Assembly: GCF_001194135.2 (NCBI RefSeq)
Contig: NC_068997.1
Coordinates: 54,578,099 to 54,642,098, forward strand
DNA length: 64,000 nt
Origin: Octopus bimaculoides
Taxonomy: Eukaryota
Direction: 5' to 3'
Below the pieces are notes generated by a model. The model ran no database searches. It was not told the DNA's origin and worked only from the letters and a program-made list of their open reading frames with translations. The first letter of the stretch is position 1. Each line of letters opens with the position of its first letter. The position numbers and the translations under genes were made by a program. Below are positions 36,889 through 51,250 of this stretch, piece after piece.

Positions 36889-36932
<44 letters not shown>
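36889..36932. repeat. (TA)n microsatellite
   Basis: Direct reading. Confidence 0.95.
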
Positions 36933-36934
<2 letters not shown>

Positions 36935-38785
36935 TTTTGTTTTTATGCCTGCTTTCAGAGAAGTATCATCTCCTCACTTCCTTTAGTTTTCTTTCATACT
37001 TGAAGAACTAATTAATGTAAAACACATTTCAGTTTGTGTCATCTTAGTTGTTGAAACAATTTATTACTGACCAGCATCACATTTTATGATACATTAGTCT
37101 GTATTCAACTATAGTCTTATATCTGGATCTTGTTGCAATTAAAATTAGGTGTATGTAAAAACACTATCATTGTCTGTGATACTATTTTGAACTTGCAGTA
37201 ATTTGTTAGAACAGTGATGGATTTATTTAGTAGAACATTGTTTTATTTTCCAAATAAACTGAATTTTCTATGAAAATGTATTCTTCCCAACAGAGAAAAT
37301 GTGATATTTATTTTGTATAGATACATACATAAAAGTCAATTATATCATGGATTAATTAGTCCAGTGGTATTAATGTAAGACATTGATTGTAAGTATTATT
37401 ATTATTAATTTATAATAGACCTTGTCAATAAAAAATTACCATCTGTACTTGTAACTGATTCTGTTTCACTCAATGAGAATGGAGTGTGCATGCAAGGACT
37501 TTATTTTCACTTCTATAGACATTCCAAAAACAAACCACCTTTTTGATATTCCTGATAGACGTTTATAACGAACTGAGAATATACACATGTTCATACACGC
37601 ATGCATACACACACATACAAACACACAGTTTATTTCATTTCCTAGGAGATCTTTGATAGTATATTTATGCTTATAAAATATATTCCAATAACAGTCCATT
37701 ACAAGGTTCAGTAAATTTGTATTTAGGCAAATAATTTTAAATTTCTTGTATACTTTTTTATAATGAAAAAGTATAGGAACTTATTAGAAACATTTCTTCT
37801 ATTATTTTTCCAGTTTTAAATAAATCAGATTGCTCCGTTGATTATTTATCTTGCCTTTGTAATTTTTTTTAGAAATTAAATTCAAATTCTTGACTTGTTC
37901 AGCAAAACCAGCAACATCAGATTTAGTTTCAAAATAATTTCTAAAGGTTATGCTTCCGTAAACCAAATGAGTTGCCTTTTTGTCTTACCCTCTTTCTCTC
38001 TCTCTGTGCCTCTCTCTCTCCCTCTCTGTTCCTCTAGTTGTCTCCCCTTGAATCCGATGTATTTTTCATGCAACTTCATCCTGTGATTTCTATTTGGAGC
38101 TCATATGATACATACATATCTGATATATTGTCATATCCATGTACATTGTATCACTTTTATGCACAGGAGATTAATAATGTATGGTTATACTTTTGTATTT
38201 TTCTTCTCTCATTAATGAGATAAACTGTGAGTTAGGGTAACATTTTGACAAGTTAAATATCTAAAGCAGATGAATAAATCCTGCCTTTGATTTAAATGTA
38301 TATATTTTTAAATATACATTGTTAATGAACCTACATTGGTGTGTGTATGTGTGTTAATGTTTGTGTGTATATGTGTGTGTGTATATTTGTATATACATAT
38401 ATACACACACACACACACACAAGACATTATATATATATTTGCATATGTTCTTATAAAATATTAAATGTGTATATGGATATATCTATTCATATGTTTTACT
38501 ACAGGCATCATATATCTCTGCTTAGTCAAATGAGTGTTTGACAGAACTAGAACTCCCTTTTCATACCATCAGTTTCATAGAGTCCTATGCCATCATAGTA
38601 ACATTTGTCTTCACTAGGAGAAACTCTCTGAATGAATCACATATGTGGAGCTGTATTAAACCAGAGTATCAGATCCTACACACACACACACACACACATA
38701 TTGATGCTATACACTTTTAGATGAAGTGTGTTAGGAACTCTTGTTTTTGTATTGCATAAAAACATAAACACACATCGTATATATG

Positions 38786-38831
<46 letters not shown>

Positions 38832-38942
38832 NNNNNNNNNNNNNNNNNNNNNNNNNNNNNNNNNNNNNNNNNNNNNNNNNNNNNNNNNNNNNNNNNNNNN
38901 NNNNNNNNNNNNNNNNNNNNNNNNNNNNNNNNNNNNNNNNNN
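38832..38942. other. Assembly gap (N) next to (TA)n
   Basis: N run. Confidence 1.
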
Positions 38943-40289
38943 ATGTTTAGCTTCACCATATATGTACAGTAAACTAATATGCATAACCACATATTTTAAA
39001 ATAAACTGATGTGATAAAAAAAAAAACATCCTTCATATGATTGTTCATTTTTTTACTTTTATTTCATCCTAGCCTTAAAACCCTTTATTCAACACTTATC
39101 CCATGTTAGAAAATATTATAAAATTTCTTCCAAATGATACCTAATGGTTTAATAATTAGGGAGTCTGATAGCTATGAGCTAAAAGTCAGTACTGGCTATT
39201 TCAAGCTATCTACCATAATAAATAGTAAAATGTCTTCAGTTTATTTAACATTCATGTGGCTATTGACAGGTTTACTTCTTTATAACATAGTTTTATTTAA
39301 AAAAAAAAAATTTTCGTTTTTTAAATTTTTTTTATTGGTAGATATATTATACTTAGATTTTTTCCATCTCACAAGAAGTGGGAAATATGGTTTCGATACA
39401 TATTCCCTCAAAACAGTGTTTTAATATATATTAGCAACAAAAATTAGTAATTACACACTTAGTATATACTTACTATATAAGAGTGATAATGAAATAAACA
39501 AACAACCCTCCCCCAACAATCCCTCACAAAAAATGGCGCTTTGTTTATCTCCCTTTTCTGCTTTTAAAAATTGCATCTTTTAAAACTTTCTTTCACATAC
39601 CTTGGCTTATATGTGTATTATTTTCTTTTAATTTTTCTTCAATGTGTTAAAAATGCTAGGAAGTTTCTCTCTACATCTCCTCAGAACCATATATAAATGC
39701 AGTTTTCTCTTCTAGCAATTTCTTTATTCCTAGCGTAATTCAGTTTCAAATTATGTATTTTAAATTTCTCTTCCTTTTTCATCTCTTCCTTCTTATTTCC
39801 CCATTCCCATTGAATAAATTTCAAATAAATTAAGTGAGCATATCAATGAGAAGATAAAAAAAAAAGATTTTTCTATTTTATGTTTAGACTGTTTTGTTGG
39901 GTTGGGGATAAAATTTGAATAATTTTATAATAGATTGCCTCTGAGATTTTCATTCATGTAAGCATTGCTGTGAAAATCTCAGAGATCTACCAATTCCAAT
40001 AGGCTCTTCTGTCCCATTTTAAACAACATAATGAGTCAGCAAGCCAGAACTCCATCTCAGAGAGCCTATTTAATATGCTGATGATTCTCAGAGTACAATT
40101 CTTCATAGATACATGGATTAGTATTCATTTCACAAACCACTAAGTATTAAGATTGGAACAAAACGTCTGTTAAATGAATGAGATTGTTTCTCTCACCTCA
40201 TCAAGTTTTAAATCCATCATATAAAAAGTTGGTTCCATGATTAGTTTTCTCATTTGTAAACAATGTGTATTAATTTCATGACATAGATA

Positions 40290-40491
40290 CACATAAATAT
40301 ACACACACTCATATATATGTACGTAGTGTCTATGTATGTATATACATATATACACACATACATACACACCACATATACATACACACATATGCATACAAAT
40401 TTATAGACATATATAGTTTGTGTGTTACATATGTATTAAATATGTGTATGTATATGAAATATATAAGTATTATATATATATATATGCATTG

Positions 40492-40538
<47 letters not shown>

Positions 40539-40641
40539 NNNNNNNNNNNNNNNNNNNNNNNNNNNNNNNNNNNNNNNNNNNNNNNNNNNNNNNNNNNNNN
40601 NNNNNNNNNNNNNNNNNNNNNNNNNNNNNNNNNNNNNNNNN

Positions 40642-40680
<39 letters not shown>
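40290..40680. repeat. Compound (TA)/(CA) microsatellite region with assembly gap 40539-40641
   Basis: Direct reading. Confidence 0.9.
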
Positions 40681-40683
<3 letters not shown>

Positions 40684-42506
40684 TTATACTCATGTATTTA
40701 TACACAGTCACTCATACATATAGCTTGTATTTTCATTTCTTGACCAACAAAAATAGCTTCCCAATTTTAAAAAACCCAAAAAGAAAAATTTAATTTTTTC
40801 CTCTTGCTCTGCATTCCCTTTTAGCACATGGCATGCAATCCCATTTGAAAGCAATAACTTCTCTCTCTAACTCTCTCCAAGACAATAACAAAATTCTGAA
40901 CAAGAATTCTATGAACATAATGGTTACAACATGAACATAAATAATGGTTACAACATGTTTAAACATGTTGGAGTGGTTTGCATCATGAATAGCCATGCAT
41001 GCTGTGAGAAATTCTACATCAACATCAGAATAGACTCTGAGACAATTATGTGATGATAAGCTCAAATTTCTACTTGATTTCGACTTTGATTTGGTGAGCT
41101 TCGACCTTTGGCAACCTCCATTCTTGATTGTTGTTGGAAGTTGTCCTCAAAACATATCCAGTAATTGTTGAGATATAGTAATTTCAGATTGGCTGGTCAG
41201 CGAAAATGTTACTGAATATACTCAGACTGCAGCAGAGGCAGAACGTTCTTGAAATCTTCTTGCCAATCAATATATTTTGGGATATTGGAGTTGTCACTTC
41301 TGTCACTGGTAAAATCCAACATTTTGTCAGACTCTTTTCAGACACATCTGCATCAATACTCTGCTCCATCAATGGCAAGTGTATCATACATACTTGTTGC
41401 CATGGATATTATTATCCCTTTGAAGGTTGGGTGAGCTGCAGGAAAGAAAAGATATATTAAGAATTTGAATAAGAAGAGAATATTTTGAAATATATTTTTA
41501 CTATTTCAGTTGTTAAAATAGAAAAATAAAAACCCAAAATGTTTTGCTATTATCAAGATCTATTCTATCATCGTTTTGGCAGACATGCATTTACATCATA
41601 ATTGATGAGTAAATAGAATAAGAAATTTGAATTTAAAATCATTTTAAGACTTAATAGGGTCTGAAAGTGTTTCTGTACACATGGAAATGTGTGTGCGTGT
41701 ACATATATTTTCTTTATTTATAATCTTAAAGAAAGGAAGCAGTGAAGTTTTATAATGTGGATGGCTGGGATAACTAGGTAAAGTTGATATGATTATGCTT
41801 GTATTTAGACAGGAAAGCAAAACGTTTTGTTTGATCAGAAACTCGAGATAATATTGGGCTGACAGATGCAAATCAATGTTTTAACACTGTTATATCTACC
41901 AATAATAGGAAGAATGGCTTCACCTATTTTTTAATTGATATCCTTAGTTATATATAATTGGTCTTTTGAAGAGGTTATTGCACATTGAGGCCAAGCATTT
42001 ATAAGGAAGTAATAATAATGTAACTTGAAGTAATGGGCTTTATTCAAGATATAGCAGGCATAGCATTCTGAAGCAATTAGCTCAACAGTTTACTGTTTTC
42101 CAACTCATATGACAGTTTTTCATACATTTTCTTTTCTTTCAGTACTCATTTGTGTGTGTGGTGGTGGGGGGGCATACAGAGCATCTTCAGATATCTTGTT
42201 AAATTACACCTGCAATGTGCTAAAGGTCTTGCTAGACTATGAAAGTAGTTAGTCAGGAATCAATGAACAATTGTAGCAACGACTCAAGTGAAACCATGCT
42301 ATATACACTCCTGAAGTCACAAACACGATTTTGTGGGACACGTTTCTGATACTCAAGTCATGTTCACATACACCCATACACACACACATACACTTGTGTG
42401 TATGTTTGTGTACCATATATATCTCATGTTATTGACTGCATACTTTGAGAATATGATAAATGTAAATTTTGTAAATGTGTGTGTTCACACTTCTGTTTTG
42501 ACTTAC

Positions 42507-42555
42507 CTGTCATAATTCTCTTAAAACAGTTTACAACAATCTGGCGATTATATTT
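42507..42555 (-). CDS. Candidate short exon, product unknown
   Basis: acattgtcag acceptor, CAG|gtaagt donor, 49 nt; only open frame KYNRQIVVNCFKRIMT. Phase-compatible with a candidate 42-nt exon after the strong acceptor at about 41438 (AHPTFKGIIISMAT). Confidence 0.25.
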
Positions 42556-43513
42556 CTGACAATGTTTATTGAAAATTATGTGTGAAATGTTTCAAATATT
42601 TTTCATACTCTCTTGTATATTCTAATAACTGTGATCATCATTAGAACTGAACATAAATTTCCTTTCCAATGATTCTGTCAGAAAAGCCATTTCATTTTAA
42701 ATAATTCCATTGTGTAACACAAATCCTCTAATCCATTTAAGTTGTGCTTTATCTCTTTGAGTGAATACTACTTCATCTACTTCAAACCAACTGTGATTTT
42801 GTTCACAACTTTTGCCACACTTTTTTTGTGTCAGATCAACACCAGTAAATTGAATGGAACTTATTTTACCCTTGGAAGATGACTGGAAGTGATGGCTTTT
42901 ATTCAGTTTGAATTTAGGGAATTAAGAAATGCAAAATATTACTGCAAAATATTTTGTTTAGTTGCTTCACCAGTTCTGTCATTCACTACATTATGGTTAA
43001 GAAATATAATGAAGACGTTTCATTTCTGGTGTTTTTTAAAGCTGCTATCTTGTTTCTCCATGCTTTCAGAAATACCATTTTCTAGTTTACAATTTTTAAT
43101 TTTCATGTGTTTTCTGGTAATAAAATACTGCTCCAGTACAATTATTATTAATTGAATAAGAAATGAAAACATTTTATCATCAAGCTGGCTATTGTTTAAA
43201 TAAATATTAAGTGTTAATTAACAGAAATATTAGACACCATGTTTAGAAATGCTAAAAGAGATAATGATGTGAAAATTACAAGCATTTCATCTTAATTTGT
43301 TGAGAATATGAAATATTTTCATGTTTTGTATGGGCTCTGCCTCTCTTACTCAGAACTACCTAATTAAAAAGAAATTAATTACTTTCTCTTTGTTCTAAAT
43401 ATTTTTCTGAAATATTGCAAAATTTTATTGTTTTGAAAATAAACAACCATAAAATGTTTTTGAAGAATTTGCTCTTCCACATTAAAAGTGTTACCATTTA
43501 GTTTGTTCCAAAT

Positions 43514-43545
<32 letters not shown>

Positions 43546-43788
43546 GTGCCCCTTTTGAAGACAATAGGGAATTCAGCTGTTGTGTGTAGTAGGTTGAGTA
43601 ATATGCAGAAGCTCATTTGGTGGTAATTAGCAAATTGAGGTAGATCAATGAAGGCATTTCCTTGTAACTGTTTTATGCTTGTTGAATGCAAACTAGTATA
43701 GTTTTTTCACTAGATTCATTAATATTGAACACGGTATAATTAGAATATGAAAAATTAAAACTAAGGTCAATAGTGTAATTTAGAGATT

Positions 43789-43792
<4 letters not shown>

Positions 43793-43833
<41 letters not shown>
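43793..43833. repeat. (TA)n microsatellite
   Basis: Direct reading. Confidence 0.95.
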
Positions 43834-43838
<5 letters not shown>

Positions 43839-44327
43839 TCATTTTACAAAATATTCTAAATATATAAGAGATGATGTAAATTGTATTTTATTTCTTTCTT
43901 TGAAATTAGAAAAAAAAAATTTACAGTTTTTATAATATGTATCTTAAGTCTGAAGGCTAATTATATTCTAAATGTAAACTTGTTTAAATTTAATTACATT
44001 TTAAGATAAGAATTTTGTAATTTAGTAGGTTAATCAATATTACAAAGCAATATATTTTGTGTCTTTAAAAATGGAGCAATATTTTTATAAACATTTATGA
44101 ATCATGTTTAAATATACCTGGCATTAAATACATAAAATTTGAATTGTTTTAAATCATAAAAGCAGATAATTCTAGAACATTGGAGACAAGCAATTCAAGT
44201 AGCAAATTTTACAGAATCATTCCACATGACAATGTGGTGGTGCCAATAATGAATGAGAAACCCTCTGTACTTGCATGAAGATAAATCCTATTTGAAACAA
44301 TAACAATATATATTGATATAAATTACA

Positions 44328-44706
44328 AGATTGTGTGCTTAGGTTTGCTTTCCAGCCATGGAGTTTGTTTTAAGTGCCACAGCATGGCACCTTGGATTAG
44401 TGTCTTCTTCTATAGCTCAAATAAATGCCTTGAGAGTAGATTTGGTAGATGGAATCTGAAAGAACACCATTATACATGTTTGCTTGACTCACTATTTTGA
44501 CACTGTGTGAAAGCTGTAAATGAGTGTGACTGCCATACAAGTGGTGTCATTTATTTCCAGTCTTTTGTGAAGACATGCTTGGTCATGGGGAAACATTACC
44601 TTCTTGGATACAAGTGAGGGTTGGTGTTAAGAAGGGCATCATAGAAAATTCCACAAATTCTCTCTGATATATGTAAACATGGAAAAGTAGATATCAAAAT
44701 GATGAT
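44328..44706 (+). mobile_element. SINE family B (family A head with RTE-type tail)
   Basis: Head catggcaccttggattagtgtcttcttctatagc..gatttggtagatggaatctgaaagaa; 3' part gggttggtgttaagaagggcatc..catggaaaagtagatatcaaaatgatgat. Confidence 0.75.
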
Positions 44707-45779
44707 CTATATGTAATGATCTAAATTGCATAATTACCTGGCAGTGCAAGTCTTATGTTCAACTGCAGTCTGTAGTAAATAAGAAAAAAACCATAATATT
44801 AGCACAAAGCAATCTAGTAACAAGCTGAATGATGGAGAAATAGAATAAAGTACATTTAAAAGCATTTCTATATGTCTTCTCTTAATCCTTGCTTATTATT
44901 AAGTTTCACTCATTGACTCTACAGAATACACTACAATCAGATTTTCTTTTGAGAACTTAAGTTAATCAAGATCACAGGTTAATGGTATTCAAGCCAAGAA
45001 AATACTAAATTATGATATATTCTAAAGTTACATGAAAATCTCTTAATTATTCATATTAGTTGTTTCAAGAATAAAACTGATCACTTTAGTTCATAAGAAA
45101 ACTGGCTTCCTGGAATTTTTTCATGCTTTATGCAACATTCTTTGTTTTAACAAGGATATTTTACCTAAAACAAACTACCCTAATATTTCATTTTAACATT
45201 GACATAAGACAACATTTTGGGGAAGGATATAGTTTAAATTGATTCCAGTATTTGAGTATTTCTTTAACCTTTCATCCTTATGGAGATTAATAAAATAAAG
45301 TTGATCTTGGTGGAATTTGAACTCATAATGTAAAGGGCTGTAACTAAATAACTTTTTGTTTGACACTTTCATTACCTGCCAAGTGACCACCTTAAACTAC
45401 ATTAGTGTTGTTGCTTGGTAACCATCAAATAATTTCTCTTGACAGAAATGTGATTTCCCATATTTAATGTGTGTACCTTTGATTTATGTTGTTTTTGGTC
45501 TTAAGATTTACTTTACATTTTCTTCTGTTCCTAGGTTAGGCTTGTTAATTCTGATCCAGTCATATTTTAATGTATATCAAGAAGTGGGTGTACAAAACTT
45601 AAAACTTTTTAAACTTCTGAACATCAAAAGTTGTTGATAATAACGTATTGAATGATGGTTTAATTACATTTGATTTTCCAATTTATTCCAATACTTGAGA
45701 AATATTTTACTTTTCTCATAGATATAGAATCGATTTTGTCTCGCAGATTTTGTTCAAGGTACATCTTTACAATTTAATA

Positions 45780-46100
45780 AACTCCACCACTGAGTGAGAA
45801 ATTTATCACACAACATAGACTAGTGGTCAGTGATTTTAGGATAAAAGCTAGACTGACCCAGAGACATAAGACAATCTGGTGAAGGAAGATTGGGAAATTG
45901 AAAGACTGTTCTATCTGACACATGTTCAGAGAAGTTTTATGGAAGAAAGGAGGAGATAGGACCTTACTGCATAGTGAGGAACTGGAGGTTTCTCTGAGAT
46001 AAGATGCTGTCGGCAACAGACCAGAGATGTGACAAGTTTCATCCATATGGAAGTTGCCATGGTGATGGAATATTACAATAGATACAGCCATAAAAGCTGA
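45780..46100 (+). mobile_element. RTE-clade LINE internal fragment (end of endonuclease and linker)
   Basis: Translates EKFITQHRLVVSDFRIKARL..IW*RKIGKLKD..PW*WNITIDTAIKA, matching the RTE QHRLVV.D..WKLKD..WWN pattern; contains stops. Confidence 0.8.
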
Positions 46101-46104
46101 TCAT

Positions 46105-46375
46105 ATGACCAACAATATTCTCATGGTACTAGAAGGATTGCCTTGCTCACCAACCACTCTAGAGGGAATGTGGGGTGGGGATTGCACATTATGTCATGGT
46201 AGTGGCATTGGAGGTAAGTTACCTTGTACTCAGCATCTACAATGTAGATTGAGGAAGAGAATAGGCGGAGAAGGTGATGATGGTGGAAAGGCTAGCAATG
46301 GGTGCCAGAGTGTAGATGAAGATGTTGAATAATGTAGGGCATTTATTCAAGTGACCAAAGAGGAGGATCAGAGAG

Positions 46376-46407
<32 letters not shown>

Positions 46408-46500
46408 AGTGTGAGTGTGAGAGAGAGAGAGAGAATAAGCAATGTCAGAAGAAACAGCAGAATAGGTGGATGAAAGGAGCAAGTGTATGACCAATTATAA
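46105..46500 (-). mobile_element. Degenerate non-autonomous RTE-tailed element with (TG)n(AG)n at 46380-46434
   Basis: gccttgctcaccaaccactctagag is the reverse complement of the shared gtggttggc..aggaagggc motif. Confidence 0.5.
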
Positions 46501-48574
46501 TTATTTTTGTATGGTAATTATTTTAAATACTGTTCACTTTTATAATTATGTGAAAAAGTATATGCTGCTTAATGTTTTGATTAAAATATTGGTGTGGAAG
46601 CATTTTATAATAATTAAGAAGTAAATTTTAGCAGTTCAATTTATTTTCCTTTGTGGTCAATATTAAATATCTTAATATATATTCATTGACTTGTAAATAT
46701 TGGCACCAGTTTAAATTTTGCTCCAACAATTAAATCGTAATCTTACGATAACTATAATTAGAAATGTAATAATTAGTTTTGTGAACAATAAATCAAGTAG
46801 CAGACATAGCACTGTATCATCCTTCGCATTTCATTTGAGGAAGACTCTCACGACTGATTAAAATTTCTCATTAAACTTGGAAATTAAAGAATTTCTTTCT
46901 TCAAGTGGTCTCAACTGAGATACATTTCACAGTGCTGCATCAGGGATCTCTGTCTCCACCTGGTCCTCAGTTTCATGTTGTGCATCTCTGCCAATTACAT
47001 CATTGTACCAGAGGAGTCTTTGTATTCTATTAGTCTCTAAAGTGTAATATTTGATACAGATTATGGCTCAGCACTAAACTGAAGCCAACCCTGTATGCAT
47101 AAAAATAGTAGACATAGATATTCTCTTTGGTCATTTACTCATGCCATGAGATGATTTGAACCTCCATGTACATTCAATGTGATCTTGAAGCTTTTTCTTT
47201 TATAGAATGTGGTTTAGATTTGTAGAGAAGAATGCAATGTACACAGGTCCTCAAGAAGGCTTGCCATTTTAACCTCAAGAGAATTAATTGCTAGATATGT
47301 TGGGGCTTGTTACACAACACATCATGCATGACATCCTTTGCATGACAGGAAGTCTTCCTTACAGTCAGTAGTTTAAGGCTGAAGATACCAGAAGTCACTG
47401 ACCTCCTTGAATTGTTCAATTCAAAGTAAAACAAATGTAGAATTTTGTGAATTTTACCTTTTGTCTCTGGAATTCCTTGAAAATTACAGTTTTCACCTTC
47501 TGACATTTTAGTTTTTTTTACCTCATTTATCTCATATCTGATCATGTACTATAGTTATGTCATGAAAGTACCATTCCTGATAATATTTGAACATCCCTCC
47601 TGTTACAACATTTTATATTGGTCCATAGGAATTAGGTTCTTTGATTTCATGCAAACAGCATCAACATTACTGAAATTCATTATTTTCATAGATTTTGACA
47701 TTTACTGCACAGTATATTGCAGTAACTCAGTTATTTAATGATATTTGACTCTGCCAATATAACCCATTCACTGTGTTGGAAGAGCAATCATTTTAGTGTA
47801 CATAAAACATTTTACATTTGTCTTGTTACTCATACAATTTAATAGGAAGCAAAACAACAATTCTGGGAGTTCCAGAGCAAATATCTAAACATCCATCTCC
47901 TTACTAATAAAATTGTATTTCAAACTCAATATTAATTTAGCAGACTACAAAATAAATATTCAAATACATCTTTCTTGATATTAAGTCTTCTAATTTTGGT
48001 TTAAATTAAATAGATTGTATACAGTTGTTTGCTCAGTAGTTTTTCATAGTAGGAAATTTCAGTACAATATATATGCAAGTATAAATCGTTTGCAAGCAAA
48101 TAAAACTACTTAGAAGTGTGTTTCTTTCATCTCTTAATAATTTTTTCACTGAATTAAATTATTGGTATTTGTTTCCTCACTTTGAGAAACATAAAATGTG
48201 TGTAGTGTTTTCTTCCCCAAAAGAATTCCTCATCATATTGACCTTTAACTGATATTAAAATACTTGCTTCTTTTAATAAGAGAATTGCTAATAGATTGTT
48301 CTTTTCAAAAGAAATTTTATTTCATTTGGTTATGTTAAGATTCTGATGTGTAGAGCACCTAATCTCTCACCTCAGTAGTTAATGGCTCACATCTGGCATG
48401 AGCACTGAGTAGTATTCATTGCAAAACATTTTAATTTTCAAGTGACCCACTTGCTTATTACAAGTGAATACAAAACAATGGATATCATTCCTGTGAATTC
48501 TTTAGATTCCTATGAAAAGTAGATTTTAATGAAAGATAATCTATTAGGGTTCATACTACAATGTTTCAAATAGA

Positions 48575-48965
48575 TGCAAGCATGGCTGTGAGGCTAAGAA
48601 TTTTGCTTTGCAACTTTATGGTTTTCTTTCAACTGTAGCACCTTGGGCAGGCATCATCATCTTAGGCTGACCAAGGTCTTGTAAGTGAATTTGGTTGACA
48701 GAAACTATATGGAAGCCTGTTTGGTGTATGGGTGTTTATGTATGTGTCCTCACATTGAATTACTTGGGTATTGGTGATGTGTTTATATCCTTCACAACAT
48801 GCTGTAGATATGTGGCTTCAATCTACACAGACTTGTCTTTGGAATAAAGAGTTCCTTGCATGAAAACAAAGTGTGGGTTGGTGTTTGGAAGGACATCATC
48901 TGGCTATAAGATGTTGCTCCAACAAGTTTCATCCAACCTATGTCTGCTTTGAGAAAAAATCACTA
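48575..48965 (+). mobile_element. SINE family B, degenerate
   Basis: Same head and gggttggtgtttggaaggacatc..tccaacctatg 3' part as 44328-44706. Confidence 0.7.
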
Positions 48966-50190
48966 GAAAAATATTTTTATCTGGAGGAATGAAAAGCAAT
49001 TTTCATTGTAATTTATTCACTTAACAAGGATTTAGTGCCAATAAGTTGTCTGACAATATAATGAGTCTTTGAAGCTGAGTGGGAAGTATTAAAATACTTG
49101 TAGAATTTTTAAAAATATTTATTTGGTTACTGCTCAAATATTAAACAACATCAGAAACTTTCCTTTGTGTCATACTAATTTATCAGGCTGAGAAAATATA
49201 TTTCCATATTAATGTATTCAGAAATGTATTTCTATGTTTAAAGCATTTCTCAACTTGGAATAATATGGAAATAAATAGTTGAATCTTGTAGAACACAGAT
49301 TTTTTTTTTTTTTTTTTTTTTTTTCCTGTAGACTAACCATGTAAAATTATAATTGCAAAGACAGTGTTAAATATTTCATATCACTGACCCGATTCATTTT
49401 GCTTCTGTACCTGCTTACATTTACTTTTATCAGAATTAGAGATAATGCATGGAACTTTGCGATGGGGCAATTAATGGCAGTCAGGGTAACATTTTGTATG
49501 ATAAAGCCTTTATAATTGGAATGGCTGGCTGAAGACTGGATGTTCTTTTAAGTCTCAATCATTAAATTTCTTATGACTAAATCAGTGTGATTTCAAGAGG
49601 AAAATTAACTGAAAGACTTCTAAGAGTTGTTCCTTTATAAAAGTCAATTTCATACTATCACATCAAATGCTTCATTTCACTTGAAGCCATGAATAAATTT
49701 ATTTATATTTTATTCCACAAGTAATTATAGTCAAGTTAGCATGCAGACAGAAAGGAATTAAAAGTCACTTTCATTTATAAGATTCCCACTTCAGAAACGA
49801 TAAATCCATCCTATTCTGGATTGTCTTGTAAGTTCTTACTACTGTTCAGAATACTGGCATAAATTCTGATAATATAACAAAGAGTTATGATGGCATTTTA
49901 GCTGAGATTTTCTGATTTACTTTGAGGATTGTCATTTCACTGTAGGAAGAAGGTGGTAATAAAAGTCACTTCATGGGATGGTGGAGAAAAAAAAAATATT
50001 TCGAATATTTTGGTTTTAACTTATCCTCAGGATTGAACTGAAAATTTTAAGCTGGACTGTAAACTGTAAGTTGCACCACAATCATTACAGGCAACCCCCA
50101 TTTTGTGGAAATGTCCTGATCCTGAAAATCTTACTGTAATATGGAATTCCATAACCATAATGCAAAACTTACTTTCCCATTTGATATCCA

Positions 50191-50350
50191 GGCACAGGAG
50201 TGACTGTGTGGTAAGTAGCTTGCTTACCAAACACCTGGTTCCGGGTTCATTCCCACTGCATGGTACCTTGGGCAAGTGTCTTCTACTATAGCCTCAGGCT
50301 GACCAAAGCCTTGTGAGTGGATTAATAGACAGAAACTGAAAGAAGCCCGT

Positions 50351-50427
<77 letters not shown>

Positions 50428-50628
50428 TTGTGTGTCTGTGTTTGTCCCCCCAACATCGCTTGACAACCAATGGTGGTGTGTTTACACCCCCGTAACTAAG
50501 CGGTTTGGTAAAAGAGACCGATAGAATAAGTACTAGGCATCTAAAGAATGTCCTGGGGTCGATTTGCTCGACTAAAGGTGGTGTTCCAGCATGGCCAGAG
50601 TCAAATGACTGAAACAAGTAAAAGAGTA
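50191..50628 (+). mobile_element. tRNA-derived SINE family A, full length
   Basis: Head gcacaggagtgactgtgtggtaagtagcttgcttacc..ggttccgggttcattccc; internal (TA)(TG)n at 50354-50426; tail ccagcatggccagagtcaaatgactgaaacaagtaaaagag. Confidence 0.92.
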
Positions 50629-51139
50629 CATGGATCTTTGGCATGGGTACTCTACACTTCTGTAAGGCTTTCGTGAATGCAATACTACTGCCTGTATAAC
50701 ATCTGCCAAAAATGCAGAGTAAAAGCAGAAGGTGTAGGCTGTAGTACTCGTATCTAAACAGACTGTCTGTATTCCAGATGTTTGTGAGAATAGTTCGTTT
50801 TTTGTCACAAATACTTAACCTGCTTCTTTACTATGTAGTGTCCTCAACAGCTACCAGAACATAGATGTTTATGATGTCTTTTAACAAGCAAGATCACTAT
50901 ACTGATGCTTAAATTTCAGAATTGGATGCTGTCCGTGTTGTTCATCGTTGGTTGTCTATTTTAAATCTTTTGCTTCAGATCTTGGAACTTGTTTAGTTGC
51001 AATAGCAAAGAAAATTATTTTTCTTACTCTTTATATGTTAAAATATATTTGTAAACTGAATATGCAGAATACAACTGCTTCTAATGTTAGCACAAGTCCT
51101 GAAATTTGTGGAGAGGAGGGCTTTGTTATGTAATTAAAT

Positions 51140-51250
51140 CAACCTCAGCATATATGACTGTTACTTAATTTTATCAACCTCTGAAGGATGAAAAGTAAAG
51201 TTGACTTTGGTGATATTTGAAATCAGAACACAAAGAACCAGAGCAAGTAT
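51140..51250 (-). mobile_element. SINE family C fragment
   Basis: ttacttaattttatcaacctctgaaggatgaaaagtaaagttgac..tttgaaatcagaac is the reverse complement of the 5820-5885 region. Confidence 0.6.
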
